Source: Candidatus Poribacteria bacterium (GTDB lineage: Bacteria > Poribacteria > WGA-4E > PCPOR2b). Taken from it: a stretch of 64,000 nucleotides of DNA. The position numbers were made by a program, and so were the translations under genes. Positions 1 through 8,236 of the stretch are shown one piece after another. The notes under the pieces were generated by a model, which saw nothing but the letters and a program-made list of their open reading frames with translations, was not told the DNA's origin and searched no databases. Location of the stretch: the NCBI GenBank assembly GCA_965218095.1, contig OZ244587.1, positions 4,765,203 through 4,829,202 on the forward strand. The letters run 5' to 3'. Every line of letters starts with the position of its first letter. The stretch's first letter is position 1.

Positions 1-261
1 GAAGGTTTTTCCGTTGGTGATAAACTTTCAGTCCTGCTCGTGCGTCGTGACTATATGTGTTCAATGGAATCGGTCAGTTTGCCGACCCGTTCTGTTAAAT
101 ACTCTCCCGGCGTCTATCGTTTCATGACCAACGTTGCGGTCTACTCGCTGACACATGGCTCGATTTCAGACTACTCCCGCTATGTGCCAGAAGATCAGTT
201 GGCCAAGCAGAATCTGCCAACCAAGGCGCCAGAAGCTGCAAAAATCGGGGCGGTTGAGTAG
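1..261 (+). CDS. C-terminal fragment of an unidentified protein; the ORF enters from upstream of the window
   Basis: Frame 1 is open from base 1 to a stop at 259-261, followed by a strong terminator hairpin. No recognisable motif. Confidence 0.25.
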   Translation, partial: EGFSVGDKLSVLLVRRDYMCSMESVSLPTRSVKYSPGVYRFMTNVAVYSLTHGSISDYSRYVPEDQLAKQNLPTKAPEAAKIGAVE

Positions 262-301
262 AATCTGCTGGTTTAGACAGACTGTCACATCTATTGAGCA
301 T

Positions 302-337
302 AAAAAAAGCAGCCAACTATTTGGCTGCTTTTTTTAT
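302..337. terminator. Rho-independent terminator; bidirectional (A-run, hairpin, T-run)
   Basis: AAAAAAA then GCAGCCAA-ctat-TTGGCTGC then TTTTTTTATT, read directly at 302-337. Confidence 0.55.
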
Positions 338-1058
338 TGGCTCATTCTTTCTTCTATTACTCTCGCTGGCGTCCCGTTTGGGTGGAATAGACTGACCTTC
401 TTGTGGGATGGGGATATAGGTGTTGGTATCGGAACCCCTGTGCCGACTTTACTGTGGACAAAGTACAGAGGTATTCTCTAGCAGTATCGTGGCGATAATC
501 TTCCATGGTATAACGCATGATCAATCCCTCCAATTGATAATTTCTGAACAAATGGTTGATAATTGAACTGGTATCTGCCGGTCAATTGCGAGATTGGCTC
601 GCGTCATAGGCGCCCTTCTCTCGCACCGCAGAAAACAGGTTCCATATTGCATTTTCTCTGCTTTGGGGATTTCGCGAAGATGGAGTTTTCTTTACAATCC
701 GCAATGGAAAACATTAGGTTTGTCGGGCAAAATAAACTAGAAGAAAAGGAAGAGGTCCCCTTAGCGGATCTGAAAGCGGCTCTTAATAACGACTGATACA
801 GTAGTTCAGTTCAGGAAAACGGAATTGAAGATTCAATGGGACACTCACCGGATCGTCCTTCAAGTTGCTTACAGTTTTACTGTCCAAGAACGCGGCGCCC
901 CGGGGGTATGGGTCGCTTACTTCAACGCTGTCACCAGCGAATATATCTCAGCCAACTATGGATTTCCCTGCTGATGAATGTATTATTTTATCCATTTTCG
1001 CATCTATATCAAGGCAAGTCCTTGGTTGCAGAATAATTAAATCTAAGGGGGTATTATC

Positions 1059-1256
1059 ATGTTGTCTAATAAAAAGCTTTATCTGTATATTTCCGTGATG
1101 AGTTTTGTTTATATAGTATTATCAAATTTACGCAATACGCATTACGACAACCGGTCGGCTTATTTCTTTCAGAATACGATCGCTATTGGGATGATTGAAA
1201 TCCTGGGAAACCTGGTTTTTAATCTTGAACGTCATCCCCGTGCATGTCGTAAGTAA
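1059..1256 (+). CDS. Small hypothetical membrane protein (65 aa)
   Basis: ATG preceded by AAGGGGG 7 nt upstream. One hydrophobic helix. AT-rich. Its 3' end converges on the neighbouring minus-strand gene. Confidence 0.25.
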   Translation: MLSNKKLYLYISVMSFVYIVLSNLRNTHYDNRSAYFFQNTIAIGMIEILGNLVFNLERHPRACRK

Positions 1257-2718
1257 TCCGCGACAGCCGCAGTTCAGACTGGAACACCTGGGGTTTATAA
1301 ATGGAAGTGCCAAGAAGCATGCGCACACACTCCTGCACCCCCTCGGTGACCGCCGGATGCGGATGGAGGAGTTCCGCAAGGTCTCGGACAGAGCGGCTAT
1401 GATTAATCAAAAGTGACACGGCTTCAATGGTTGTCGAAGCATGTACGCCCAACGCCCGCATCCCAAGTATACGCATTTCATCGTCATCAGTCACCAACAA
1501 CTTCACAAACCCACCAGTTGCCCGCATGGCGATTGCACGGTTGACGAGAGAGTAACCGTAGACGGCAACCCAGTAGGAAATTCTGCGCTCCTGGGCTTGC
1601 TGTTCGTTCAATCCAATGGCAGCAACCTCTGGATCCAGAAACATGATGGTTGAGAGGTTATCATAGGATAGCGGACCCTTTGTCGCGCCGTACATACGCT
1701 CGACCGCATAGCGCCCCTCAATCTCGCCAACGCTTACGAGAGCCAGATCGAGCGTCACATCGCCGATGGCATAGATGTGCGGGACAGAGGTTTGTGTGTC
1801 CTCGCTGATGATGTGTCCGCGTCCGGTCACTTTAACGCCAGCTTTGTCCAGACCGAGCTCTTCGGTGTTGGGCGCCCGCCCGATGGAAACAAGCGCTCGC
1901 TCGACGATCGAAGTCTCACGGGCGCCTGAAGGGTGTTCGATAGTGTACTCCACCTCTCCATCTATCACCCGCATGGATATAAGCTGTGGGCGATGGTGAA
2001 TGGTGACGCCCTTCGCCTCAAGATTTGTCGAGCAAAGGCCGGAGACATCCTCGTCCTCAAATGGCAGGATGCGATCCGCTCTGTCAATCAGATACACTTT
2101 TGTCTGACCAAAGTTAGCGAAGATTGTCGCAAACTCGCAGCCGACTACGCCCGCGCCGAGGATGACAAGAGACTTTGGGAAGCGCGACAGGTGCATCAGT
2201 TGGTCCGAGGTCATGATAAAACGGCCGTCAATGGGGATGGAATCGATCATCCGAGGTCTGCTTCCGGTAGCGATTACAAAGTGTTTCGCAGAAATCTTTC
2301 GTGGTTGTCCTGCCTCAGCCTCCTCGACAAGCAAGGTGTGGGGGTCAAGAAAGCGCCCGGCTCCGCGCACCACTGTTATTGCACCGGGGCAACCGAAACG
2401 TGGCTGCGAAAGCTCAGCAAACTGCCGTCTAATCTGGGAAACCTTCTCGCCAATGGCTTTCTTGACGCAGTCCACCACATAGTCATAGCTAATCTCGACG
2501 TTCTCTGCGATGTATCCGCGATCTCTTCGCAAGGCATTGCGATAATCCCGCGATAATTCCCACAGTGTCTTCGAGGAGAGGGCGCCATTTTGCAGGCCTG
2601 TGCCGCCAAGGGCGCCCCTCTCAACAATGCAAATCTGCGCCCCAAAATCCCATGCTCGCATAGCTGCTGCAACGCCAGCCGGACCAGCCCCAATTACACA
2701 GACATCGAAATCTGCCAT
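1219..2718 (-). CDS. FAD/NAD(P)-binding pyridine nucleotide-disulfide oxidoreductase of the dihydrolipoyl dehydrogenase family; the redox-active Cys pair is absent
   Basis: N-terminal VCVIGAGPAGVAAA (FAD GxGxxG), a second Rossmann motif LVILGAGVVGCEFA, and a C-terminal dimerisation region with HPHP. The position of the CxxxxC motif reads GGTGLQNGALSSK, with no cysteines. Confidence 0.85.
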   Translation of the reverse strand: MADFDVCVIGAGPAGVAAAMRAWDFGAQICIVERGALGGTGLQNGALSSKTLWELSRDYRNALRRDRGYIAENVEISYDYVVDCVKKAIGEKVSQIRRQFAELSQPRFGCPGAITVVRGAGRFLDPHTLLVEEAEAGQPRKISAKHFVIATGSRPRMIDSIPIDGRFIMTSDQLMHLSRFPKSLVILGAGVVGCEFATIFANFGQTKVYLIDRADRILPFEDEDVSGLCSTNLEAKGVTIHHRPQLISMRVIDGEVEYTIEHPSGARETSIVERALVSIGRAPNTEELGLDKAGVKVTGRGHIISEDTQTSVPHIYAIGDVTLDLALVSVGEIEGRYAVERMYGATKGPLSYDNLSTIMFLDPEVAAIGLNEQQAQERRISYWVAVYGYSLVNRAIAMRATGGFVKLLVTDDDEMRILGMRALGVHASTTIEAVSLLINHSRSVRDLAELLHPHPAVTEGVQECVRMLLGTSIYKPQVFQSELRLSRITYDMHGDDVQD

Positions 2719-2750
2719 GTATCCTCCTTACTCAAGTTTCAAGACTGAAA

Positions 2751-3032
2751 TTAAATCAAAAGCATGGCAATATCCGAAAATTCGACCGCCATGGCATAGG
2801 TGAGTCCTCGCATAGCGACCTGCTTTTCATCCCTACTTTCCATCACCAGCAGTTCATGATGATGTTGGTTCAGCATATCACGGTAGGCAGGCAGCGGATA
2901 GTCCATTGTGACAATTGCTTCAGTCTGTGCAATTTGACAGGCGTATTCTGTCGCTGCCTGAGAATAGCTGGAGCCATCTAACCCTAACAAGATTTTTGCA
3001 AAGCTTGAACCTGAATGATCTGTTTGGGACAT
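2751..3032 (-). CDS. Small Usp-like protein; possibly truncated
   Basis: ILLGLDGSSYSQAATEYA resembles a universal stress protein N-terminus. It is only 93 aa and lacks the C-terminal ATP-binding glycine motif. Confidence 0.25.
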   Translation of the reverse strand: MSQTDHSGSSFAKILLGLDGSSYSQAATEYACQIAQTEAIVTMDYPLPAYRDMLNQHHHELLVMESRDEKQVAMRGLTYAMAVEFSDIAMLLI

Positions 3033-3196
3033 AATAATCTCCGATCCTGATTAGCAAATATAAACGCGGTAAGGCGCTGTCATAAGAGAGGAAGTCCAAC
3101 AAACAAGCGCGATCTATTATAGCAGAGAAATCTCTGTATGCCAATCAAAAAAGGTGGCGCCCGGCTTTTTTATTGACGTGACTCCGCCAAAGTGCT

Positions 3197-3526
3197 ATGA
3201 TGGTAAATGTTCAGGTAGTGTATGGGTTGATACGGCGGGTTGTTTTTGGAATTGAGAGACTTCCAATAGGGCGCAGGAGACAATCTTTGGAGAATCAAGC
3301 CATCAACTTGTTTGTGGGATTACCGTGTCTTGCAATCCCAGAGGAAACTGCCGATTACTATGCACAGATGAAAAGGCAAGCGGAACAACAGGGTATACCA
3401 CTGTCTGATAACGACCTTTGGATAGCTACCACTGCGATGACACTCAATGCAATTCTTGTCACTTCTGATTCAGACTTTCAGCGGATTGCCGGATTCGAGT
3501 TACAGCTTGAGGATTGGACAAGTTGA
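3197..3526 (+). pseudogene. vapC: PIN-domain (VapC-like) toxin remnant; only the C-terminal portion is recognisable
   Basis: ...LSDNDLWIATTAMTLNAILVTSDSDFQRI... matches a VapC C-terminus. The N-terminal 35 aa do not look like a PIN domain. No vapB partner is present. Confidence 0.4.
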
Positions 3527-3589
3527 TGAAGGGAAGGTTTGTCTTTCGGGTGTAAGGAGGAACTGAAGGAAGTGCATCGCACATATCAG

Positions 3590-4543
3590 ATGGCACGGAT
3601 TCTCAAAGTCGCAAGCCTTATCCGCCGTGACCCCAGAAAATGGAATCGCCCACGCCTCGCCCAAGAACTTCGCGTCAATAAAGCAACGATTTCGCGCTAC
3701 ATCGGCGAACTGCGCGAGATGGGAATGCAGGTTATTTCACATGGGCGTGGCGGTTACGAAATCATTACCGATATTTTTCTGCCTGAACTTAACTTTGATT
3801 GGGATGAAGCCCTTGGTCTGGTTACGGCAGCGAGTTTTTACAGGGCGAATGAAGGGCAACAGGCTCAAGGTACGCTTGACAGTGCCATCGCAAAAATTCG
3901 GACGAATCTACCCAAAGGTACTCAGCGCGTCCTGCAACAGATTGTTCCACAGATTGATGTTCCCGATTTTCAGGTGAGCCAGACCGATGAAAGTCAGCCG
4001 CAGCGCGAGACGCTATATGACGCGATTCGGGAACGCCTCAAAGTCAATATCGAATACAACTCCTTCAGCGGTGGAAAACGTAGGCGACATCGGCTTTCGC
4101 CCTATGCCGTCATGTTCCGCAAACGTGCCTGGTACGTCATTGGGCACTCTGAAACGTTCAATCGGATTCTGACCTTCCGCATCAACCGCATCCATTCCTT
4201 CTCTATCGGCCATACCCCCTACACGATTCCCGAGGATTTCTCTGTGCAGAGATACATGGAGAAAAGTTGGGATGTCATGCTCGGTCCGGAGACACACGTC
4301 GTCATCGAGTTCGCGCCACGCATCGCCCCGCTGATTCGAGAGGTGCGTTGGCATTCGACACAGCAGATACAGGAAAACGCTGATGGAGGACTTCGCTTTG
4401 AAGCCACAGTCGCAGGTTGGCTAGAAGTCGGCTGGTGGGTTTTGGGTTGGGGAGATGAGGCAGAAGTGATTGAACCGAGGGAATTGCGGGAGTGGGTCGC
4501 GCAGACGGCACGGAAGATGGTAAGGATGTATCGAAAAAATTAA
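3590..4543 (+). CDS. WYL-domain transcriptional regulator (HTH + WYL + C-terminal extension)
   Basis: N-terminal HTH (ARILKVASLIRRDPRKWNRPRLAQELRVNKATISRYIGEL). WYL-type core (RLSPYAVMFRKRAWYVIGHSETFNRILTFRINRI). The ORF track starts at 3539; the internal Met at 3590 is more likely. Confidence 0.8.
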   Translation: MARILKVASLIRRDPRKWNRPRLAQELRVNKATISRYIGELREMGMQVISHGRGGYEIITDIFLPELNFDWDEALGLVTAASFYRANEGQQAQGTLDSAIAKIRTNLPKGTQRVLQQIVPQIDVPDFQVSQTDESQPQRETLYDAIRERLKVNIEYNSFSGGKRRRHRLSPYAVMFRKRAWYVIGHSETFNRILTFRINRIHSFSIGHTPYTIPEDFSVQRYMEKSWDVMLGPETHVVIEFAPRIAPLIREVRWHSTQQIQENADGGLRFEATVAGWLEVGWWVLGWGDEAEVIEPRELREWVAQTARKMVRMYRKN

Positions 4544-4816
4544 GAATGGAAGATAGGATTGGAAGGGTGGCGGATACAGGGATTTGCCCCTACAGCGTGA
4601 TATTCACTTTGTCCGCAACGCACCTGAAAAAAGGTTGCGAAAACGCGGGCGGCAATGGTAAGTTTTATTGAAAGATGTTTGGAAGTTTCAGAGTTTTCAG
4701 AGTTTTCCGAGGAAACGCGAGAATTTGATAGAGACAAAAAAAGGGTGAGAACGCACGCCGGGACTGATTTCTAGGCGGTTTGACAGGAAGTCCCCTCGGA
4801 ACTGTACTCGGAAATA

Positions 4817-4838
4817 GGGAACGGAGATCTCCGTTCCC
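4817..4838. promoter_or_regulatory. Perfect 22-bp palindrome GGGAACGGAGATCTCCGTTCCC, 25 bp upstream of the 4863 start codon; candidate operator
   Basis: Read directly. Flanked by the partly symmetric CGGAAATA / TACTTTTCCG. Followed by GGAGGA then ATG. Confidence 0.4.
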
Positions 4839-4862
4839 TACTTTTCCGAATAACGGAGGAAA

Positions 4863-5801
4863 ATGATGGCGACACAAAAAAGGAAGGCCTCACTTCAGAA
4901 CGCACTTCGTGGGCGTTTTGCGAAAAAAGGGTCTGCAGAACTAAAGTCGGATTTAAAAGGGTTGTTTGATACGTTGAGTGGTTATGAGCTTGTGGATGCG
5001 GTTATCGGGCGTGTGCAGCGTTATGCGGTGGAGGCATCCGGTAAGACGGTAGATCACGATTTCAGTCGGATGGAATTGTATGAAGCAGACGAGATTAAAA
5101 GGGGAATCCGTGATGAGTTGGTTTGGCACGTTTCGTCCTTTGTCTCAGATGTGCATCGGGAGTTTATCGTCCAGTGTCATGCGTGGGGGGGGGCTACTTC
5201 CGAAGCGGCTTTGGAGTTGATGAAGACAGACAAGGCGATAAATCGATTGGCGCAAGAGGACGCGATGGGTTGGAACGAACTTCGAGAAACGTTGATTCAT
5301 CGGTTGGCGTATCTGAAGCCGGGTTCGTCTCGGTGGCCTGAAAAGAAGTACGGCTTGGCCTGGCGTGAAGCACGGGAGGAGTATAAACAGGCGTTGAGTG
5401 ATATTCCGTTCACGTCTCGGGTGGAGCAGGTTGCGCTTTTAGCCAAACATGCTGAGCGAATTAACTATGAGCTGGATAATAGAATACATTCCGTGAAAGC
5501 TTTGCAAATGTTGACGAATTCGTTGGTAAAGACGGTAGAGAGTTTGCGGAAACTGTCGGCGGTTGATGAACAACAGATACCTGCGAATTTGTCTGCGCCT
5601 CAGCTTGTTGGGGTTCTGGAGCGGCTGACGCTTGCGCTGAGGGCGCCTGAGCAGAAGGCGATTGGCGGTGGGGCTGAGGAACTTGTTGGGGTTCTGGAGC
5701 GGTTAACGCTTGCGTTGAGGGCGCCTGAGCAGAAGGTGATTGGCAGTGGGGCGGAGGCTGTGCCTGCGGAGGCGGGTGGTGACGTGGGCGAGCCTGAGTG
5801 A
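4863..5801 (+). CDS. Hypothetical protein with an internal 25-aa (75-bp) tandem duplication near the C-terminus
   Basis: RBS GGAGGA. LVGVLERLTLALRAPEQK(A/V)IG(G/S)GAEE is repeated twice (5608-5757). No recognisable domain. Confidence 0.55.
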   Translation: MMATQKRKASLQNALRGRFAKKGSAELKSDLKGLFDTLSGYELVDAVIGRVQRYAVEASGKTVDHDFSRMELYEADEIKRGIRDELVWHVSSFVSDVHREFIVQCHAWGGATSEAALELMKTDKAINRLAQEDAMGWNELRETLIHRLAYLKPGSSRWPEKKYGLAWREAREEYKQALSDIPFTSRVEQVALLAKHAERINYELDNRIHSVKALQMLTNSLVKTVESLRKLSAVDEQQIPANLSAPQLVGVLERLTLALRAPEQKAIGGGAEELVGVLERLTLALRAPEQKVIGSGAEAVPAEAGGDVGEPE

Positions 5802-5835
5802 AGTGACCTGAGTTGCCGCCTTAGATAAGACCAAG

Positions 5836-5862
5836 CGCAGAAACCGAGTTTTTAGATGAATA
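5836..5862. repeat. Relic fragment (about 25 nt) of the 155-bp MITE-like element found at 35083 and 44766
   Basis: cagaaaccgagtttttagatgaata versus element cagaaaccgagttttttatagataa. Confidence 0.45.
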
Positions 5863-5933
5863 GACACGAGTTCGGCGGAAACGCCAACGATTTGCTCAGG
5901 TCTGGGTTCGTAGTAGCGCAATTCATTATACAA

Positions 5934-7235
5934 CTACGGCATGCTTGCAACGATATTTTGAACTTCCGTTTCTAATTCCAGGGTGATTTGCTGCGTGGTT
6001 TGTCTTTTCTCTTTTTTATAGGCTTCATAGGCATCCAGCAGATTTTGGGGCGTACCAATACGAACGAAAGCATCCAGGGGGCCTTTGGCTTTCGAGCGAC
6101 CAAAGACCTCCGCTTCAAGCCGTGTGATGACTTCCAGAAAGCGTTCTTGAGATGGATGTTCGCCGATGTACCCCTCGTAAATCGCAATAGAGTTGACAAT
6201 GCGGCGCAGGTCTGTGAAAAATTGTCGAAATTTGTCAAGGCGCTGTGTGTGAATCCCCTTCTCATATTTGGTCATCTCATCTACATCCCGGTAAATTTCC
6301 TCATTAATCTGGTTCTGAATGGCCCGAACTCGCCTTAGTGGATGCGAGTCTGGTTGAGGAACGATTCCCATGAAGTTCTCCATCTGTGACAGAATGTGTT
6401 CTTTCAACAGTTGAATTCGCTCATTAAGTGAACTATCTTCGCTCAGACGAAGTTGATATTCTTTCGCCAGCGTCATCAGCAGGCTCGCTCCCACATTCTT
6501 CACGCGGTCATACAATTCTGTAGGCGGATCGGTATGCTTAGGCAGGACGCTTTGTTCCAGATTCGTAAGTGCCTGCTCAATTTGACGCCACATATCTTTC
6601 TTGTAGATGTACTTTAGCCCGACAGGTACAAGATAGACAGGTTTGACATTACCCGCCTTTTCCATATCATTGAGTGCCCAGAATCCGAACTGTGCAATGC
6701 CACTTTCAAACGGCATAATCGTCTCGTTCTGATGCGAGATTTCTCCTTCGCCGAAGATAACTAACTTCTGCTCCCCTTTGGTCAGCGTTTCTCGTGTCAG
6801 CCGAAACGAATCCCGGTCTACGGCGCCACGCACGATTGAATAGGCGCCAAGCCTAGTCATGAAAAATCCTCTCCATTTCCCCCCAGCTAACTGGTCAAAG
6901 GTCTCTCGTGCTGTCATATAGCGAAACCGCTCCCCACAGCGTTTTGACACCGCAAACATCACATGTGGGTCAGCGTGGGTTGGATGATTCGGCACGAGAA
7001 TCGTTGAGAATCCATCAGTTGATTTCAGCCTATCGAGGGATGTTGCATCAATATCTAAATGTGAAACCTTCTGGGAAAGCCGCATGAGTAACGGTAACAT
7101 CAACTTGACGGTCCCGATCACGATTGCATTCTCTTTGGGCGGTTTGAAATCTAGCATCCGATCACTCCAAAACTCGATTTCTCTGGGATAGGTAGCAAGT
7201 TTGATTATTTTAAACGATCTCGGAAACAATGTCAA
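5934..7235 (-). CDS. Lysophospholipid (1-acyl-glycerol-3-phosphate) acyltransferase family protein
   Basis: HX4D acyltransferase motif (NHPTHAD). FGEGEIS block. Size 433 aa. Confidence 0.6.
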   Translation of the reverse strand: MTLFPRSFKIIKLATYPREIEFWSDRMLDFKPPKENAIVIGTVKLMLPLLMRLSQKVSHLDIDATSLDRLKSTDGFSTILVPNHPTHADPHVMFAVSKRCGERFRYMTARETFDQLAGGKWRGFFMTRLGAYSIVRGAVDRDSFRLTRETLTKGEQKLVIFGEGEISHQNETIMPFESGIAQFGFWALNDMEKAGNVKPVYLVPVGLKYIYKKDMWRQIEQALTNLEQSVLPKHTDPPTELYDRVKNVGASLLMTLAKEYQLRLSEDSSLNERIQLLKEHILSQMENFMGIVPQPDSHPLRRVRAIQNQINEEIYRDVDEMTKYEKGIHTQRLDKFRQFFTDLRRIVNSIAIYEGYIGEHPSQERFLEVITRLEAEVFGRSKAKGPLDAFVRIGTPQNLLDAYEAYKKEKRQTTQQITLELETEVQNIVASMP

Positions 7236-7299
7236 CCCGGAAATGCGGCGCCATGTTACCTCTGATTCCGTCCAATTCTTATCTTGTCAAGTATATCCG

Positions 7300-7460
7300 G
7301 GCTTCTAATGCGGAAACGATTGGCGGGGAGGCTGAGGTTGTGCCTGTGAAGGTGGGTGGTGACGTGGGTGAGCCGGAGTGAAGTGATTGAACCGAAGGAA
7401 TTGCGGGAGTGGGTCGCGGGGATAGCACGGAAGATGGTAACGGTGTATTTCAAAGCAAAA
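7300..7460. repeat. Chimeric duplicated fragment: a copy of the 3' end of CDS 4863-5801 fused to a copy of the 3' end of the WYL gene (4461-4543)
   Basis: 7318-7385 matches 5742-5807 (...GGDVGEPE*). 7381-7460 matches 4461-4540 (gaagtgattgaaccgagggaattgcgggagtgggtcgcg...). The junction is at a gaagtga microhomology. Confidence 0.7.
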
Positions 7461-7498
7461 CGATGATTTTGCCCTTGACCAAAAGGGCCGGTTCTGCT

Positions 7499-7595
7499 AC
7501 CATAATGGCGAGAATCTCGATTACGAGATTGAAATATGGTTGTGTTATATTTTGCCCTAATTGTATGATAAGAATCTCGATTGCGAGATTGAAAT
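7499..7595 (+). CRISPR. Orphan mini-array: two degenerate CRISPR repeats (psiR1 7499-7535, psiR2 7559-7595) around a 23-nt pseudo-spacer
   Basis: psiR1 matches the canonical 37-nt repeat at 27/37 positions, with the 3' 23 nt near-perfect. psiR2 carries GATTGCGAG. Both end GAAAT rather than GAAAC. Located about 640 bp upstream of cas3'. Confidence 0.7.
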
Positions 7596-7603
7596 ATTTT
7601 TAT

Positions 7604-7632
7604 TTGACTTGTTGGGTTGTCTATGTTATAAT
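7604..7632 (+). promoter_or_regulatory. Sigma70-like promoter (TTGACT, 17 nt, TATAAT) directly after the mini-array
   Basis: TTGACT at 7604-7609, a 17-nt spacer, TATAAT at 7627-7632. Confidence 0.5.
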
Positions 7633-7691
7633 TAGTTTATTGTGATGGTAGTGTTATATACTCAATTAGAATAAAAATACAAGGAAATCAA

Positions 7692-7931
7692 ATGCAACCC
7701 TTAAATCCATCTCTGGAAATTCAAGCACATTTAAAAAAAATAGATCGGGAGCAGTCTTATATTGAAGATCGGCATTATGAGATTGGTCAGACTGTAAATC
7801 TTTTAGAACGCGAGAATGCAGATTTACTTGATCGTTATAGCGATCTGGATTCGGCAAAGGAAATTTGCTACAGTGCACTCGCAGGCGACCCCGTCGCGAT
7901 TTGGGCGGAACTTCAGCGGTTCGGACTTTAA
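7692..7931 (+). CDS. Small hypothetical protein (79 aa) downstream of the mini-array and promoter
   Basis: ATG with AAGGAAA RBS 6 nt upstream. Predicted helical/charged. No known domain. Confidence 0.35.
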   Translation: MQPLNPSLEIQAHLKKIDREQSYIEDRHYEIGQTVNLLERENADLLDRYSDLDSAKEICYSALAGDPVAIWAELQRFGL

Positions 7932-8236
7932 GATTGTGGGAAATGCGTCTGGAGAAACCTAGTTTTTCGGCAAAACTGGGAATGGGGCAATCAATTACAT
8001 TCTTAAACAGACGAACCGCAAAAAAAGCAGGGCCTACATCCACCGCCAAGGATGGGTTCGGTCCTGCGCATCGTTATTATAGCATTCAACTCAAGATAGG
8101 TCAAATCCTTTTCAAAAGATTTTAACAAAAATGAGATTCGGCGAGATTTTTTTTGATTAGTTGCAGGTTTGTGCGACTGATCGTATGTTATCATGTTCTC
8201 GGTTACTGGAAAATCCGATGAAATGGAGGGTTTAGA

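Noticed and set aside
1933-2556. Long antisense ORFs inside high-GC genes (for example 1933..2556 + within the oxidoreductase gene, 33635..34196 + within the alcohol dehydrogenase gene, 56338..57066 + within hsdR)
   Set aside because: They are opposite well-supported, motif-bearing genes and lack RBSs. Their products are low-complexity and Arg/Ala/Ser/Pro-rich, typical of stop-poor antisense frames in GC-rich DNA.
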